Source of the DNA: Candidatus Hydrogenedentota bacterium
Lineage (GTDB): Bacteria; Hydrogenedentota; Hydrogenedentia; Hydrogenedentales; SLHB01
Length of the DNA: 64,000 nucleotides
Assembly (NCBI GenBank): GCA_963745075.1
Contig: CAVUWV010000027.1
Span: 32,001-96,000 of the forward strand
Direction of reading: 5' to 3'
The translations under genes and the position numbers were made by a program. Below the pieces are notes generated by a model. It was not told the DNA's origin, made no database searches, and saw nothing but the letters and a program-made list of their open reading frames with translations. Positions 60,359-64,000 of this stretch are shown piece after piece. Each line of letters begins with the position of its first letter. The first letter of the stretch is position 1.

Positions 60359-61633
60359 TCAGGATGCGGGCGAAATGCGATCGATGCCGCCCATATAGGG
60401 CCGCAACGCTTCCGGTATCACAATCGATCCGTCTTCCTGCTGGTAATTCTCGATGACGGCGATGAGCGTACGCCCAACCGCGAGACCGGAACCATTCAAC
60501 GTGTGAACGAATTCCGGTTTCTTGTCCCGCCGGAATCGAATGTTCGCGCGCCTCGCCTGAAAATCCGTGCAATTCGAGCACGAGCTGATTTCGCGATAGG
60601 TATTCTGCCCTGGCAACCAGACCTCGATATCGTAGGTTTTCGCCGCGCAGAACCCCGTATCGCCCGTCGATAGTGTTACCACCTGATAGGCGATTTCCAG
60701 TTTCTGCAGGATCGTTTCGGCGTTTTGAGTCAGCTTTTCCAATTCATTCCAGGATTCTTCCGGCGCCGTGAATTTGTATAATTCCACCTTGTCGAACTGG
60801 TGCTGCCGGAGCATGCCGCGGGTATCCTTACCGTACGACCCCGCCTCACTGCGGAACGACGGCGTGTACGCGGCGTAACAAATGGGAAGTGTCTGCCCGT
60901 CCAGAATCTCATCCCGATGCAAGTTCGTTAACGGCACCTCCGCCGTCGGTACCAGCCAGAGATCGCGACCTTCCACGGTGAACGCGCCTTCCGCAAACTT
61001 CGGCAATTGGCCGGCCGCCTCCATGCTCGCGCCGGCCACCATAAACGGCGGTAGGATTTCCGTATACCCGTGTTCGTTGATGTGGGTGTCGAGCATGAAG
61101 TTGATCAGCGCCCGTTCGAGGCGCGCGCCCAGTCCTTTCAGAACGGTGAACCGCGCCCCCGAAATCTTGGCGGCCGTCTCGAAATCAAGAATACCCAGCC
61201 GCTCGCCAAGTTCCACATGGTCTTTCGGCTCGAAAGAAAACGCGGGCGGCGTCCCCCAGCGGCGTTCGAGGCGGTTCGCCGACTCATCGGGGCCCACCGG
61301 CAACGAGTCATCCACCACGTTCGGTATGACCAGCATGCTGCTGCGCAAGGCACTCTCCACCTCGCGCACCCGTTCGTCCAAGTCCTTGATCTTCTGGCTC
61401 ACGTCCTTCATGGCTGCAATGGCGGAAGACGCGTCCTCCTGGTTCTTTTTGAGGCGCGCGATTTCTTGGTTCGCCCGGTTTTGTTCGGCCCGCAGTTGCT
61501 CGGCTTCGTGCAGCACCTGTCGACGTTTCGCGTCCAATTCCAACACGGTATCCAAGTCGATATCCGCATTCCGGTTTGCAAGCGCGGCTTTGAGTGCATC
61601 CAAGTTTTCCCGGATGAGCTTCACGTCAATCAT
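60359..61633 (-). CDS. serS: Serine--tRNA ligase
   Basis: [63 protein letters not shown]. Confidence 0.97.
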   Translation of the reverse strand: MIDVKLIRENLDALKAALANRNADIDLDTVLELDAKRRQVLHEAEQLRAEQNRANQEIARLKKNQEDASSAIAAMKDVSQKIKDLDERVREVESALRSSMLVIPNVVDDSLPVGPDESANRLERRWGTPPAFSFEPKDHVELGERLGILDFETAAKISGARFTVLKGLGARLERALINFMLDTHINEHGYTEILPPFMVAGASMEAAGQLPKFAEGAFTVEGRDLWLVPTAEVPLTNLHRDEILDGQTLPICYAAYTPSFRSEAGSYGKDTRGMLRQHQFDKVELYKFTAPEESWNELEKLTQNAETILQKLEIAYQVVTLSTGDTGFCAAKTYDIEVWLPGQNTYREISSCSNCTDFQARRANIRFRRDKKPEFVHTLNGSGLAVGRTLIAVIENYQQEDGSIVIPEALRPYMGGIDRISPAS

Positions 61634-61750
61634 GCTAACCAAATTCCTTTCGGGTGGTTTTGCAGGCTCGAGATCGAAGAATTGTGCATTCGCGACAGTA
61701 TGCGCATGGCGGATTCGTATAACCAGCCGCAAGCGATCCGATCGACCGGC

Positions 61751-62647
61751 CTAACGGGACTGGCGCAGTATCTCGAGAATGCGCTCCAAATCATCGAGCG
61801 AATAGTACTCGATTTCGATCGTGCCTTTTGTCGTATCCGCGCCTTGTGTGCGCAGTGATACCTTCGTTCCCAGCGCCTTGCGCAGGTCGTCTTCGATTGC
61901 GGCGATGTGCGGGTTCCGTTCCGCTTCGTGCGTTGCGCGCGGCTTTGCCGGCGTGGCCAGCTTCTCCGTCTGCCGCACCGACAGCCCGCGCTCGATAATC
62001 GTCCGGCACGCCGCACTCTGTTCTTTCGCCGAGGTGAATGCCAGCAGTGCCCGCGCGTGGCCCATGCTGATCGCGCCTTCGGCCACAGCCCGTTGCACTT
62101 CCGCCGGCAGATTCAGGAGCCGTAGCGTGTTGGTCACCGTCGTCCGTTTCTTGCCGACCTCGACGGAGAGTTCCTCCTGGGTCCAACCGAATTCGTTAAT
62201 CAATGCCTGATAGGCTTCGGCTAATTCGATCGCGTTCAGATCCTCGCGCTGGATGTTTTCGATCAGGCCCAGCTTGAGCATCTCGCTGTCGGAAACGTCT
62301 CGGGATAGAGCCGGCACCGTGTCCAGCCCGGCCATGATCGCCGCACGCACGCGCCGTTCGCCGCTCACCAACTCGTAGCCCGAACCCGCTTTCCGCACAA
62401 TCACCGGCTCGACTACGCCTTCCCGCCGGATCGATTCAGCCAGTTCTTCCAGGGCCTCCTCGTTAAACGACACGCGTGGCTGCTTGGGGTTGGGTTTCAG
62501 CCCGTGGGGATCGAGGCGCAGGACGCGGTCCTCGTCCGACGCCGGACTGGACGGCGTCGCCGTGGTCTCCTCGGTTTCGTCCCGCGCGGGGCCCGAAATC
62601 AGCGCGCCCAGCCCACGTCCCAATCCGCCCTTTCGCACTTTAGCCAC
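61751..62647 (-). CDS. parB: Chromosome partitioning protein ParB/Spo0J
   Basis: GLGRGLGALI, PNPKQPR, GERRVRA, LIENIQREDLN, HTH, GHARALL. Confidence 0.96.
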   Translation of the reverse strand: MAKVRKGGLGRGLGALISGPARDETEETTATPSSPASDEDRVLRLDPHGLKPNPKQPRVSFNEEALEELAESIRREGVVEPVIVRKAGSGYELVSGERRVRAAIMAGLDTVPALSRDVSDSEMLKLGLIENIQREDLNAIELAEAYQALINEFGWTQEELSVEVGKKRTTVTNTLRLLNLPAEVQRAVAEGAISMGHARALLAFTSAKEQSAACRTIIERGLSVRQTEKLATPAKPRATHEAERNPHIAAIEDDLRKALGTKVSLRTQGADTTKGTIEIEYYSLDDLERILEILRQSR

Positions 62648-63398
62648 GAGCGATCACCTCCCTCGCGAGCGCAAGATAAGCCGTTGCGCCCGGCGATTTC
62701 AGGTCGTACAGGATTACCGGTTTGCCGAAGCTCGGCGCTTCGCTCAAGGTCACATTGCGCGGAATCACCGTCTCATACACCTTGTCGCCCAGGTGGGAGC
62801 GCACATCCTCGACCACCTGTCGCGACAGGTTGGTGTGCTGATGCATCGTCAGCAACACGCCTTCCACCTTCAAGCCGGAGTTCAAATTGTCGCGCACTAA
62901 TTTGATGGTTTGCAGCAATTCGCTCAAACCTTCCAACGCATAGTATTCGCATTGCAACGTGATCATCACTGCGTTCGCCGCGACCAGCCCGTTGACCGTC
63001 AACAGGCTCAGCGATGGCGGGCAATCGACAAGCACATAATCGTATTCGTCCCGAATGGGGTCCAGGCAACGCCGCAGCCGGAATTCTCGCGCTTCAATGC
63101 CGACGAATTCGACCTCCGCCCCGACGAGCTGCCGGTTCGACGGCACCAGGAACAGGTTGTCCAACATGGTCGGTTGCACCACCTGGCTCAGCGGCACGTG
63201 ATCCACTATCGCGTCATATAGCGTGTGCGCGAGGGCGTTCTTGTTCACGCCCATTCCGCTGGTCGCGTTACCTTGCGGATCGAGGTCGATCAGCAGCACC
63301 TTGCGGCCCGCCGCCGCGATGGACGCCGATACATTCACCGCCGTCGTGGTCTTACCCACGCCGCCTTTCTGATTCGCTATGGCGATGACTCGACCCAT
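62640..63398 (-). CDS. parA: Chromosome partitioning ATPase ParA/Soj
   Basis: ANQKGGVGKTTT, DLDPQGNAT, DCPPSL, QCEYYALEGL, IPRNVTLSEAPSFG. Confidence 0.96.
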   Translation of the reverse strand: MGRVIAIANQKGGVGKTTTAVNVSASIAAAGRKVLLIDLDPQGNATSGMGVNKNALAHTLYDAIVDHVPLSQVVQPTMLDNLFLVPSNRQLVGAEVEFVGIEAREFRLRRCLDPIRDEYDYVLVDCPPSLSLLTVNGLVAANAVMITLQCEYYALEGLSELLQTIKLVRDNLNSGLKVEGVLLTMHQHTNLSRQVVEDVRSHLGDKVYETVIPRNVTLSEAPSFGKPVILYDLKSPGATAYLALAREVIARG

Positions 63399-63594
63399 AT
63401 TCCCAGCCGTCGATTTAGTATGGAACGCCCTGGACACATGCGGTTATGGTGCCCCCAAAACACGGGAAAAGGCCCATGAATACACCGGCCCCTCAAGCGC
63501 GCTATCATACGGTTCAGCGAGTCCGAGAGTCAATTTGCGGCCTCCGAATGAGCCCGCCTCCCTTCGCCTTCGTGGGCCCGTGCCCAGGCTTCCC

Positions 63595-64000
63595 CTACAG
63601 CCCGAACTGCTTCATATGATGCTCGAAGTGGAGAACATGCATCCGGGCCCAGCCATCCACGCCGATATTGCCAAAGAAAGGATGTCGCGCTGGTTGAAAT
63701 TCGTCGCTTTGCACCAGGTTGAGGTATTCCTCCAGTACGGCGTGGAGCGTTTCGACATCGCCCGTTGGGAGGCTTCCGCCGGGATTCGGCGCCTTGACAT
63801 TCCTGGGAATTCGAAGAATCCCTGCGGAGACAAGCGGCCACACCAGTCGCCGCGTGAACCAACTGCCCACAAACGGCAACTTCGGGCCGCGACCCATGGA
63901 ATAGCGAACGGCGGCGGTCAGGTGGCCAACCATTTGTTCCGAGGACATGGCGCCCCATGCGGCCCGCATTTCCGGATGCAACGTGCCGAGCCGGGCCACA
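63595..64000 (-). CDS. DUF1569/DinB-superfamily protein, 5' end outside the window
   Basis: WGAMSSEQMVGHL … HPFFG … W…H..HH..QFG pattern. Confidence 0.8.
   Translation of the reverse strand, partial: VARLGTLHPEMRAAWGAMSSEQMVGHLTAAVRYSMGRGPKLPFVGSWFTRRLVWPLVSAGILRIPRNVKAPNPGGSLPTGDVETLHAVLEEYLNLVQSDEFQPARHPFFGNIGVDGWARMHVLHFEHHMKQFGL

Overview
GC-rich chromosomal window from a diderm bacterium (it carries waaA and a secretin). Finer taxonomy cannot be established from the sequence alone. In order it holds: the end of a pilN/O/P-like plus secretin operon, whose first three genes are broken by +1 frameshifts and whose secretin has a very large Gly/Phe/Tyr repeat loop; waaA; a sugar ABC transporter; an SCP2 protein; a Lys/Ala-rich histone H1-like gene inside a long hairpin-rich non-coding region; ispA (frameshifted); a RuBisCO-like protein (form IV) operon with a dehydrogenase, a TIM-barrel isomerase, a hydrolase and rpe; MFS and GT-C genes; an RRM protein; LOG; a dienelactone hydrolase; a ~125-nt structured RNA candidate behind a near-consensus sigma70 promoter; ychF; an amidohydrolase; a terpene-cyclase-fold lipoprotein; a complete V/A-type ATPase operon with a coupled PTS EIIA; nupC-thiD; a two-component pair; a methyltransferase/GT-C/SDR cluster; hemH; fliD-fliS with a sigma28 promoter; a Tat sulfatase (frameshifted); tandem trkH genes; qor; serS; parB-parA. 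No rRNA, tRNA, CRISPR array, prophage or intact transposase was seen. One MITE-like element and several REP-like repeats are present. The best leads are the RLP operon, the two candidate structured RNAs and the FG/YG-repeat secretin. All product calls are by eye from motifs, with no database search.
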